Source of the DNA: Thermoproteota archaeon
GTDB taxonomy: Archaea; Thermoproteota; EX4484-205; JAAOZP01
Assembly: GCA_049700215.1 (NCBI GenBank)
Contig: JBNAVT010000004.1
Coordinates: 1-39,486 of the forward strand
Reading direction: 5' to 3'
Length of the DNA: 39,486 nucleotides
The translations under genes and the position numbers were made by a program. Of this stretch, positions 17,907 to 27,257 are shown one piece after another (position 1 is the first letter of the stretch; every line of letters starts with the position of its first letter). The notes under the pieces were generated by a model. It saw only the letters and a program-made list of their open reading frames with translations, ran no database searches and was not told where the DNA came from.

Positions 17907-18983
17907 ATGAAAGACGATGGGGAGTTTGAATACAGAATGCAATTCGTAGATGAGGTGATGGTAGGTTCTCTCAAGCAGGTGAGAAGACATCTCATAACTC
18001 CTATGGGTGGATATTTCCCGGTTTTAACAAGACTTCGTAACGGGGATCTGGCAGCTGTCTTCCGTATGGGGGATTACCATGTTGGGCAAAGAGGCCGCTT
18101 AGAACTCTCGTTATCTAAAGACGGGGGTAAGACATGGACAATGCCACGAATCGTAACCGCGTCTCAGACTGATGATAGGAATCCAGCCTTCTGTCAATTA
18201 AAGGACAATACCCTGCTGGTTGCCTTTGTAAGAGTCTGGGGCTACGAGAATGGATTGTGGAAGAGGAATGGGATGAGGTGGCAAATGTTAGTAACGAGGT
18301 CGACCAACGGGGGTAGGGAGTGGAGTAAGCCCGAGCCCCTGGAGGTTCCGTTTAAAGGGGCGGTTTCCCCTTATGGAAGGATGCTTCAGACGGATGACGG
18401 AACTATTCTCATGTCTTTTTACTCTCAAGAACATACTGTAGAGGGCTCGATAGAAACCAGCTATATTCTACGCTCTGAGGATAATGGTTTCACATGGCAG
18501 GATTTAACCATAGTTGCTAAAGGATATAATGAAACCGCTCTTCTACAACTACCCGATGGAGACTTATTGGCAGCCCTCCGCGGACCCCATGCTCAGGGTG
18601 GCGGTGAATGTGTCGTTATCAGCCGCTCTCGAGACATGGGATACACATGGTCTGAGCCTAAACAGGTAACCGTTAGCGGTGAACACCCTGGGGACCTCTG
18701 TTACCTTAGAAGCGGGAATATCTTGCTAACCTTTGGACACCGGAGAGTACCCTACGGGGTGCACGCGGTGATAAGCCCCGACGGTGGTCGATCATGGATG
18801 TTTAACAGGAGAGTCGCCTTAGTATCTTATGCAACAGACGCGGACTGCGGGTATCCGAGTAGCGTTCAGCTTGATGATGGGACCATCTATACGGCTTACT
18901 ACTCCGCAACATGTTTAAAATACCGGGAATGGGGCATACATGCGGCAGGTGTCTCCTACACAGAAGACGTATTCTCGGTTTGA
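17907..18983 (+). CDS. BNR/Asp-box beta-propeller protein (sialidase-like fold)
   Basis: Five Asp boxes: SKDGGKTW, STNGGREW, SEDNGFTW, SRDMGYTW, SPDGGRSW. C-terminal GYPSSVQL; no signal peptide. Confidence 0.85.
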   Translation: MKDDGEFEYRMQFVDEVMVGSLKQVRRHLITPMGGYFPVLTRLRNGDLAAVFRMGDYHVGQRGRLELSLSKDGGKTWTMPRIVTASQTDDRNPAFCQLKDNTLLVAFVRVWGYENGLWKRNGMRWQMLVTRSTNGGREWSKPEPLEVPFKGAVSPYGRMLQTDDGTILMSFYSQEHTVEGSIETSYILRSEDNGFTWQDLTIVAKGYNETALLQLPDGDLLAALRGPHAQGGGECVVISRSRDMGYTWSEPKQVTVSGEHPGDLCYLRSGNILLTFGHRRVPYGVHAVISPDGGRSWMFNRRVALVSYATDADCGYPSSVQLDDGTIYTAYYSATCLKYREWGIHAAGVSYTEDVFSV

Positions 18984-18990
18984 GCTTAAG

Positions 18991-19465
18991 CCGCGCGCAG
19001 GCACTTCGTTTCCAGGCGAGGGAGCCAGGGATTGATCCTGTTATACCCATTGACGTTCCAGCGGGCCAGCATCCTGAGCGCGCGAACGGCTTATACGGGA
19101 CCATGGATTTCTGGAGCCCTAGGCAGCTTCAAAACTTTTTATGGAAATGTCTTCGGGAGGAGGCTGAGCGGGTCATTCCGCCGGCAGGGTTTACACGGGA
19201 ATTATGCCCTGCTAGACTATTTGGTGAACTTCCTTTTGATGCCTACGAGAGCGCGCTAGCTGGCTCTCGGGAACCAGGATATGAGGCTCGTAGCCAAGAG
19301 GCTTGGCAGCAGAAAGAGCATCTGGGGCGGTGTCAGCGCTCCTGTTCACATAGGCTTGGGTAAGCCTGAGACTGTGCGCGCGCTGGAGAGGCTTTATTCT
19401 TCACGCAGTGCCCTCTATCCGCGAGCAGTGGCCATGGGAGAACGTTCAGGCTTTTATAGGAGTAG
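18991..19465 (+). pseudogene. deleted and frameshifted remnant of a UROD/MtaA-like gene
   Basis: Fragments in changing frames: GIDPVIPID..HPE / GLYGTMDFWSPRQLQNFL..LREEAERV / TGIMP-LLDYL / ELPFDAY / LGNQDMRLVAKRLGSRKSIWGGVSAPVHIGLGKPETVR / GFILHAVPSIREQWPWENVQAFI. The order is colinear with the UROD-like barrel. Confidence 0.72.
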
Positions 19466-19611
19466 AAAAGAATCTGTCAACAACATAGAAAGGAACGGCG
19501 TGCAGAATGTTCCTGTTTATTTACCACACTTAACAGGCATAAGGCTGTTGCTTCAGCAAAGAATTCAGGTGATTGCGAATCCTTAAATAACATTCTTCCC
19601 CATGTGTTGCT

Positions 19612-20640
19612 ATGAGCTGGTATGGTCTTTACCCGCCTCAAGCAGTCTTCTCTAAAAGAAGGTTTAACAGGGTGGTTCTCGACCCTCCTAGTTTCAACCC
19701 TGGTTCCTGGTGTGGAGCTGGAAAAATATGGATCGATGAGGAAAACGGGGAATACTGGTTAACGAGTAGGCCGAGGGAGATGAAGGAGATGAGGAGGGGG
19801 TATGCTGTTGAAATATACAGGTCGAAGAATGGTGAGAACTACGATTTGGCAACATGGATCACTAAGGAGGAGTTGAGCGAGATGGCTAAAACGCAGGTTC
19901 TGAGCATAGAGAACCAGCAGCTTTTAAAAGACCCTTTAACTGGAAGATACCATCTTTATCTTTCACTGAACGTTTCAAGGGAAAGCGCAGCGGCCGGGGG
20001 CAATAGGTTCATCGAGAGCAGGTGGGAAACATTCCTCCTGACTTCGAAGGACCCTGCTGGACCATGGGAGCCGGAGGGCTTTGTAATCAGGGGGAGCGAG
20101 GAATACGATAGTGGAGAATCCAGGGACGCTACCATCGACATAATAGACGGCAGATACTTCTGCCTCTATAAAGCTAGGAGAGCAGGCACAAACATCGTGA
20201 AGACTGCACTGGCGATTAGCAACGACGGGAAGAACTGGGTTAAACTGGGAGTACCGACAGTTGACGGCAACAATCAACCGGACTTCTTCCTGCTAAGCGG
20301 CTCAATAATCCCCGGCTTCACAGGACTGGTTTTCATAGGCACGAAAACGCTGGACGTGATAAGGGGGAACGCGCTTACTAAACATTTCATCGCCTACAGA
20401 ATAGATTTAGAAAGGCTTAATTTGGAAACTATTTTCGAACAGGTTTGGAAACCGTTTTCACGTTTCGAGCATAGAGATTATCCTATTCACACTTATGCTC
20501 AGGTCACATTCGACAAGATAAGGGGCGACAGGTGGCTGATATGGATTGAAGCCGTGGACCCGAGTTACACTAGGGAGCTAGGATGGAGCACGGAGGTAGA
20601 CCGGCTGCTTCTCTACACGTCTGAGATGAAAGGGAAATAA
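19612..20640 (+). CDS. hypothetical protein, probable beta-propeller glycoside hydrolase-like
   Basis: Repeating blade-like segments (YHLYLS..DPAGPW, RDATIDIIDGRYFCLYK, ISNDGKNW); no signal peptide; family not firmly recognised. Confidence 0.55.
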   Translation: MSWYGLYPPQAVFSKRRFNRVVLDPPSFNPGSWCGAGKIWIDEENGEYWLTSRPREMKEMRRGYAVEIYRSKNGENYDLATWITKEELSEMAKTQVLSIENQQLLKDPLTGRYHLYLSLNVSRESAAAGGNRFIESRWETFLLTSKDPAGPWEPEGFVIRGSEEYDSGESRDATIDIIDGRYFCLYKARRAGTNIVKTALAISNDGKNWVKLGVPTVDGNNQPDFFLLSGSIIPGFTGLVFIGTKTLDVIRGNALTKHFIAYRIDLERLNLETIFEQVWKPFSRFEHRDYPIHTYAQVTFDKIRGDRWLIWIEAVDPSYTRELGWSTEVDRLLLYTSEMKGK

Positions 20641-20658
20641 GAGGGTGACTTTGGAAAC

Positions 20659-22578
20659 CTAGAACGGTTTAGCCGTTATTGCTCTACCCATTATAGTGAT
20701 GGCGACGGCGGCTGCGACTGCAAGCGCGATACCGCAGAACGTCCCGGCGATTATCACTCCTCTCCTAACTACCCATTTATCCCTCCCCATTCTTTTTTCA
20801 AGCCATTTGCCGACCAGGGCTCCGATCAACGGTGGAAGCGTGTATGCAGGGATGTTCTGAAAACCGTATAGGAAGCCTATTGGGGAGAAGTACTGCGTTG
20901 GGAAACGGGAGGAGATGACGACCATTATGAAGGATAAGGCGCTTGAAACAGCTATCACATCCACCTTGAAAATCTCAATCGATCTGGAGACCCAGAGGGA
21001 GAAGTAGAGGGCTGAAATAGGCCAGGAGTAGCTGGCATACGGGTAGAAGGCAGAAGGTATGGGTGTCATCGCCCAGAATATTGACACGTAGAGCAGGGAC
21101 AGGAGAATAGCCACTATAAAGAATATGAGGTAGGCCTTGTAGTAGTCTAGGGGCCTTACCTTCAGGAGCTTAGCCACGTAGACCCTGTGCGTAATTATCC
21201 CCGCGCTACTGGTAACGTGGGTCGGAACCACCCATGGTATTACGTCCCCCGGCATTGTGAAGGAGACGAAGAACGCCTCCCTTATGTAGGGTATGGTGAC
21301 GGATAACCCGGTTTCAGCCGTCGCCCTCGCCGTAAGTATGCCCTGAATAAACGGCACTATTGTCCAAGTCACCACCCAGACGAACCATAGTTGGGGGGCA
21401 AGAGAAACCGAGACGAGTAAACCACCTATAGATCCGGCGGCGATCAAAGCGATGATCCAGCTGAAAGGCAGGTATGATGTTTTAAGCTGCTCCGCGGAAA
21501 GATGCCTCAGAGAGAGGATTGCCCTCGCGATGTTTTTAGCCCCTACTGCAAGTATTCCAAGCGCGATTCCAAGCGTTAAACCTACTTGCGGGCTTGCCCA
21601 CAGGTCGTAGATTGCTCTCTGCCACCACCATTGGATTGACGCGCCGTAAGTCCATTCCCTCTGCCACATGGTGAAGTAGGGGTGGTCTACCCTGAGTGCT
21701 AAAGAGTTTCCGAAAACCCAGACCGCCACCGAGCCGATGAACATCCATACTGCCGCGTTAAACGGGATAAGCCACCCCACCATGTATTGAGCAATATCTG
21801 TTCCGACTGCAAAAACAGCTCCAGGCAGGATTCTTTCAATCCCCCCGGTGAGGTCAATCCAAGGGTAGGGGATGACCGTTATAGTCCTGCCTAGGAAAAT
21901 GGAGGTTATGTTCGGAACCCCGTAGATGGCGAACTCGTATATGAAGCTTATTACTGCAGCGAACGAGAAGTACATTATTTTCTCAGGCGTTCTCTCAGTA
22001 AGGGTGGAGATCGCTTGGTAGTCTATTGGCGCGACTGGAAACGGGAGTTTCTCTATCTCTATGTAGAGCATGTTCGTTATGAAAGACACGCCGTAGTCTA
22101 TCATCAGCACGCAAATGTTAACAGCTAGAGAGATTGCTATTGGTATCACCCAGTCTGGCGAGAGGAAAGTCCTGTGGAGTGGACCGTAGCTTCCAAGCTC
22201 AGGAACATACCATGTTGGAAGCTTTTCAGCTATGCCGTACAGGATAGTGTAGGAAGCAGACCTATAGTAATACCTTATGAGGAAGTCGCCGAACAATCCT
22301 CCACCGACGAACCACAGGGCTATGGCTTGAAGCATAAAGTATATTATGTAGGCCTCCTGTGACGTTATGTATCTCTTGACAAGCCTCCCGGCCTCTGTGA
22401 ACAGGAGTATCGTGACGAAAACCGGGATGAATCTTTCAGTTCCACCTAGGGAGCCCACGGCCCAGCCTAAGTAGATTATCGCGGGAACGATCACCACCAG
22501 CCCGAACAACACTGCAGAAACCGATACGATCGTCAGTCCAGGGATGAAGGCTTCTTTTTCACGCTCAGCTTCTTCCAT
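20659..22578 (-). CDS. OPT (oligopeptide transporter) superfamily-like membrane protein
   Basis: 639 aa, highly hydrophobic; PGLT..TSQE N-terminus and IEKLPFPVAP motif. Its start overlaps the upstream stop by 1 nt. Confidence 0.75.
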   Translation of the reverse strand: MEEAEREKEAFIPGLTIVSVSAVLFGLVVIVPAIIYLGWAVGSLGGTERFIPVFVTILLFTEAGRLVKRYITSQEAYIIYFMLQAIALWFVGGGLFGDFLIRYYYRSASYTILYGIAEKLPTWYVPELGSYGPLHRTFLSPDWVIPIAISLAVNICVLMIDYGVSFITNMLYIEIEKLPFPVAPIDYQAISTLTERTPEKIMYFSFAAVISFIYEFAIYGVPNITSIFLGRTITVIPYPWIDLTGGIERILPGAVFAVGTDIAQYMVGWLIPFNAAVWMFIGSVAVWVFGNSLALRVDHPYFTMWQREWTYGASIQWWWQRAIYDLWASPQVGLTLGIALGILAVGAKNIARAILSLRHLSAEQLKTSYLPFSWIIALIAAGSIGGLLVSVSLAPQLWFVWVVTWTIVPFIQGILTARATAETGLSVTIPYIREAFFVSFTMPGDVIPWVVPTHVTSSAGIITHRVYVAKLLKVRPLDYYKAYLIFFIVAILLSLLYVSIFWAMTPIPSAFYPYASYSWPISALYFSLWVSRSIEIFKVDVIAVSSALSFIMVVISSRFPTQYFSPIGFLYGFQNIPAYTLPPLIGALVGKWLEKRMGRDKWVVRRGVIIAGTFCGIALAVAAAVAITIMGRAITAKPF

Positions 22579-25500
22579 TATTTTTCACCAACCAGGCCGC
22601 GCTCCCTAGCCATACGTATGTATCTCTCCCGCTCCCCAGGATCCAGGACGTTCCATATCAGCATCTGCTTCCTCACTTCGTCGACAAAGGGGTAGTTGAA
22701 CCTTACCCACGAGTCATACGGCCCGGATACTCTGTTGAGGCTCATTGAAATGAGAAAGTTCTGCTCCGTCTTACTCTTCAATATCACTATGTTCATATCC
22801 TGCTTTATGTTCTGCTCGAACGGCGCCAGCCAGACTCTCGACTCAACAGCAATCCCTGACTCTATCTTGCTAACATCAACGCTTTCAACGGTGAAGACCC
22901 CTGCCCGCTCTATCCTCTTGTTCCAGAGGTACTCGTGGAGGAAAACAGCCATTCCTGCAGCCCTCTCATCCTCCTTTATACGGAAAGGAATCGGTATTTC
23001 CCACGAGTCTCCCTTCGGCTTTGTCTGGAGACGCCACTTTCTCTCTAAGGACGGAGTCACTGTGACGGAGACCCTGTAGAACGGGTAGAGCGACGCGGCT
23101 AGAACAAGCACTATAACCAGGCCGACAGCTATCATTACGAATGACGACGTGTAGTTGACCGGGAGGTTTATCAAGCCTATTTTCCTAGTCAAGTATGAGG
23201 CTGAGATTCCTCCGAGATAGCCGGTCATGGAGCCTACGATAGCGTATATGATGTTCTCACCGAAGAACATTAGGCCTACCTGAACCGGTGCGAGGCCGAG
23301 GCTACTGTATATGTAGCCCTCGCGTATCCTCTCCATGACTCCTCCCAGGATTGTAGACATCGTTATTAACCCTGCGATGATCATCGGTATTAGAATGAAT
23401 TGGAAGCCGAAAAGCGAGATAACGTTCTCCTTGGAGAACCGGTAGACAGTGCTGTTGTACGTCAGATAGATGTTTAACCCTTCGAAGGCGGAGAAGACCT
23501 CGCCACACCTCTGATAAAGGTCTTCAAAAACCATTCCATCTGCCGGTATGAAGACGCTTGTTAAGCACGACTCCGGAATCAGTTCAACAAGGCCTGCCGG
23601 CACAAATATTACTGAGCCTGGGCTTAACGCCGCCTCAGCTCGGGGAGGCGTCCTCTCGTTTGAAAGAACATACGTGTCCATGGGCAGGACGTCAACGAAA
23701 CCGTCTGAATCCTTCACATACCCCAGGATTGCTGTCGTGTTAAGTATGCCTGTTACTCTTAAACGGAAACCGTTAACCCAGACGTAGTCGCCCGTCTTCA
23801 CTTTAAGGCTTTCTGCAAGACTACCCGGCAACAATGCTGAGAAGACTTCCTCATCCCTAAACATAGACCCCTCTATCAGTATTTTTCCGAATTCTCTGAA
23901 CGAGGCCTTCAACTCTATCGAGCTTATTCCGACGGCCGCGTAGATCAGAGCCTTGCTTTTCTCTGAGGATATGACTATTGTTCCAGCAGTCCCCTCCCCG
24001 GGGGTTGAAGGCAGATAGACCCAGTACCTTGGGGCATACTGCGTCTTACCAGTTATGTAGATGGATACTAGGTCGATCAACTTCCTGTTCAACGGGGCGA
24101 AGTTGGCTGTTCTCAGCAGCACCCCGTTGTATCCGACTTCCACAGGCGTTGGAGTCACTCTTAAAGCCCTTATCTCTGTCACAGAGGTCAGGGATGATAG
24201 TGAGAAGCTGATGATCACTATGCAAAGCATTGTTAAAACTGTTCTGAATTTACGCTTCTTCAAGTTGCCTATTCCGATCGATATTGCTGAAAAAGAAACG
24301 TCGAACCCGCTCCTCTCAAGGAAGTGGGCGCCGAGCACCTCTTTCCTAAGCCTGGAAAGGCCTGAGGAGAAGTTGGAAAACAGGAAAAACATTACTGGAA
24401 TAACCAGGGCGACTATTAGCGTACCTATGAATATTGCGGGAACGTTCACCGCAAGCCCGAAGCCAGGGTGGAACACTGTTAAAAGCAACGCCACGGACAG
24501 CGCTACCGCAAGAGTAAGGGCTACGCTTCTAAAGCCGCTGCTCAAATTGTAAACCAACGAGGAAAACAGCAAGATGAAGGGGATTGCTAAAGCGAAGACA
24601 ATAATAATGCTTGTAACCGCGTCGCGGACAACGCTCAAAGAGCTTTGGTAAGCCTTGTTAGAGAAACCCCAGGCCATTAGAGCATTCGTCAAGAACCCGC
24701 TGTAATCCATTTTCGAAATCATTTGGAGTAGCGTCTGGTTGAACAATACTGCGTATTTTAAGTTCTCCATCGTCTTGGGGTCGAGGACCTGAATGTCGGC
24801 TTGAACCAAGTATCTGCCGTAGGCCAGTGTCAACATTTCAGAGAACATGCCGGGCATACCCCCCTTTACCAGGAGCCTGTCCCCCTCTTTAGCGATATAA
24901 TACCCGTACCCATCCTGGTTCCGTAGGGACACATTAGTATAGACTGCAACCGTTTTAGCCATGGATGTGCTTTTAACAACGAAGCCGAACCTGATCCGTG
25001 GCGGAGCGTAAACCTGTGCAACCGATAGGACGGGGTCGAACTCGTAGCCGAAGGAGTCGAGAACGGAGTACCCAGGTATCTGCATCACAAGCACGCTTAG
25101 GGTAAGCGGGGTCTCGTAGCCACCGTAATTCCTGAGCTGCGCTGAATAAGAATTCGTGGTTGCAAACATCGAGCTTGGCGAGACTGCGGCCTGCAGGGTG
25201 TCTGGGTCAGTTAAATCGAACATGATGGCGCTCCCGCATTTGAACACAACGGTCCTAGCGAATTGCTCGGCTGAGACTACCGTTATGCTTGAAGGATATG
25301 TTCCGGCGCCATGCTGACCCTTATCGGGAGCATAGATAATTCTCCCCTCCTCATCGATCACGTAGCTCTGTATTGGGGTTTGCTGAGCAGTCGTCGCCTC
25401 AGGGTAGGGTCTCAGACCCCTGAACTCCGCGAAGCCTGAGGAACCCGATTTTGAAATCATCAGTGTAAACGGGTCCAGCGCGTTTCCAACCGTGACGAAG

Positions 25501-27098
25501 GCGTTTGGAACCGAGCTGTATAGGCCTGGGGTGGTTGGATCATATTCAACCACTTCAACCCTTAACACTGTGAACCCGACTCCAGTATAGGTTTCACCCA
25601 TTCTTAACGGTCTTAAACCATCCCAGCTACCGGAATACCATTTTTCAACCGGAGTGTTCAACAGGTCGAAAAGGATTTGGAATGTTAACTGGGCCTGGGG
25701 AATAACGTTCTGGAAATCGACAAACTCCAGCCTGTCTGACGGTGTGAACACACGGTATCTGAAGTCGTCGAAAGTAATTATCCCGAGACCGATGGCGTTA
25801 GCTAGTTCAAAAGGCTCCATGTCGAGAATATGCTGGAAAGCAAGACCCTTCTGGAACCCCGCGTTAGCCGAGTCGTACGCGATACCGTATAGCCCGGGGT
25901 ACAGGTTGCTCGTTAAAACCTTTTCACTATAGCTTGGGAAAGACTGTATGAATGTTTTAATCGACTCTGCAAAAAATGTTCGGAGGTCTCTGAATTTGTC
26001 CGCAATATACCGAGTATTTATGGAGTACATCATGCCGCTGTAAACCAGGTTTAAGTGCGGGCTTCCAGAGCTGATCTTAATGTCGATGACGAGATACGGG
26101 AAGACCTCGACACCTATCGCGGAGTTATTAAAGTAGAACTGCTCCACAAAGCTTCTCGCACCGGATAAGGCCTGCCAGTGTCCAGACATCGCTATAAAAA
26201 GCACCGTGTATTTCGGCGAGAAACCCTGCTGTTTTAAAGCCCTGATGAACTCCAGCATGACGGAGATGCCGATGGCTTCGTCAGCCCCTGGAGAGACCCC
26301 TGGAACAATAGACCCGGAGTCATAGCTAGCCGTTATTATGATCACCTTAGACGGGTCTTCGACACCCCTCATTTCTCCAATCACGTTCACAGCCTCGACT
26401 TCCCTCCACTCCATACCGTTAACCAGCTCCGCCTCCGGATTGCTTCTAGCGATTTCTCTCAGCTCAGACGCCTCCTGGCCTGCTGCATACACTCTTGGAG
26501 TATTGAGTGGAACGGAGGAGATTTTTCTCAAAGCCTCGAAGCGGTTCGTATCTCCGTCTTCCAGGAAAACGATTCCCGACGCGCCCAGCTTAACCATGTC
26601 CACCCACGCTGAGCCAGAGTTGAACTCTAAGAGGACTATGCTACCGTTCACGTCAAGCCCCTTAAGCTCCTCCAGCGTGCCGTGGCCACCGTAAACCAGC
26701 TTGCCAGAAGCCCTCTTTAAACCGGTTGCCACCATGTTCGGGTAAAGCCCGTAAGCCTTTATCGCTCGACCGCCTACTTTCACGAATGAGCCGGAGTCAT
26801 ACGGGACCAGCACCGTATAGTTGAAAAGGCTGACTTTCAACCCGTATTCGCTAAACTTGTCCGCTATGATTCTCGCCGCCTGGAGGGATCCCGGGTAGCC
26901 TGTGAACCTTGACTGTATTGATGAAAACAAGGATAAATAATCTCCCATCCTGTCGGCTGAAACCAGCGGGACTTCAACATGGTTCAACCAAGTTCTTTCC
27001 TCAACAGCCCCCCGACTCCCCCGTACCCCGGAAAGAGAGCCAGCAAGCATTATTAAAAACACAACCACAAGCAAATATTTTCCTCGGACTATTATCAT
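22578..27098 (-). CDS. fusion of a degenerate M28/PA peptidase-like ectodomain and an FtsX/MacB-like permease
   Basis: Signal peptide; SRFTGYPG; PA-like GKLVYGGHG..LDVNGSIVL; NVIG..IIITASYDS..PGADEA; then TM helices, GNLKKRKFRTVLT, a MacB-like loop, ERIRE..SSLGLAP and a soluble tail. Confidence 0.82.
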   Translation of the reverse strand: MIIVRGKYLLVVVFLIMLAGSLSGVRGSRGAVEERTWLNHVEVPLVSADRMGDYLSLFSSIQSRFTGYPGSLQAARIIADKFSEYGLKVSLFNYTVLVPYDSGSFVKVGGRAIKAYGLYPNMVATGLKRASGKLVYGGHGTLEELKGLDVNGSIVLLEFNSGSAWVDMVKLGASGIVFLEDGDTNRFEALRKISSVPLNTPRVYAAGQEASELREIARSNPEAELVNGMEWREVEAVNVIGEMRGVEDPSKVIIITASYDSGSIVPGVSPGADEAIGISVMLEFIRALKQQGFSPKYTVLFIAMSGHWQALSGARSFVEQFYFNNSAIGVEVFPYLVIDIKISSGSPHLNLVYSGMMYSINTRYIADKFRDLRTFFAESIKTFIQSFPSYSEKVLTSNLYPGLYGIAYDSANAGFQKGLAFQHILDMEPFELANAIGLGIITFDDFRYRVFTPSDRLEFVDFQNVIPQAQLTFQILFDLLNTPVEKWYSGSWDGLRPLRMGETYTGVGFTVLRVEVVEYDPTTPGLYSSVPNAFVTVGNALDPFTLMISKSGSSGFAEFRGLRPYPEATTAQQTPIQSYVIDEEGRIIYAPDKGQHGAGTYPSSITVVSAEQFARTVVFKCGSAIMFDLTDPDTLQAAVSPSSMFATTNSYSAQLRNYGGYETPLTLSVLVMQIPGYSVLDSFGYEFDPVLSVAQVYAPPRIRFGFVVKSTSMAKTVAVYTNVSLRNQDGYGYYIAKEGDRLLVKGGMPGMFSEMLTLAYGRYLVQADIQVLDPKTMENLKYAVLFNQTLLQMISKMDYSGFLTNALMAWGFSNKAYQSSLSVVRDAVTSIIIVFALAIPFILLFSSLVYNLSSGFRSVALTLAVALSVALLLTVFHPGFGLAVNVPAIFIGTLIVALVIPVMFFLFSNFSSGLSRLRKEVLGAHFLERSGFDVSFSAISIGIGNLKKRKFRTVLTMLCIVIISFSLSSLTSVTEIRALRVTPTPVEVGYNGVLLRTANFAPLNRKLIDLVSIYITGKTQYAPRYWVYLPSTPGEGTAGTIVISSEKSKALIYAAVGISSIELKASFREFGKILIEGSMFRDEEVFSALLPGSLAESLKVKTGDYVWVNGFRLRVTGILNTTAILGYVKDSDGFVDVLPMDTYVLSNERTPPRAEAALSPGSVIFVPAGLVELIPESCLTSVFIPADGMVFEDLYQRCGEVFSAFEGLNIYLTYNSTVYRFSKENVISLFGFQFILIPMIIAGLITMSTILGGVMERIREGYIYSSLGLAPVQVGLMFFGENIIYAIVGSMTGYLGGISASYLTRKIGLINLPVNYTSSFVMIAVGLVIVLVLAASLYPFYRVSVTVTPSLERKWRLQTKPKGDSWEIPIPFRIKEDERAAGMAVFLHEYLWNKRIERAGVFTVESVDVSKIESGIAVESRVWLAPFEQNIKQDMNIVILKSKTEQNFLISMSLNRVSGPYDSWVRFNYPFVDEVRKQMLIWNVLDPGERERYIRMARERGLVGEK

Positions 27099-27257
27099 TA
27101 ACGTGAATCTCCGTCAAGAATGATTTAAACTTTACGTCGTTAAAAACCCTCCTGATCTTTTTAAAACGCCCATTCCTCCAAGCATAGCGCGCTGGAAGTT
27201 AGGCTTAAGCGTATGCATGATGCAAAAACTGTAAGCTCAAAAAAAGAGGGTTTGGGT

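Noticed and set aside
19257-19259. In-frame TAG between ORFs 19032-19259 and 19281-19586 as possible pyrrolysine readthrough
   Set aside because: The family-like sequence switches frame several times around it and large parts are missing. Decay explains it better, and no pyl genes are in the window.
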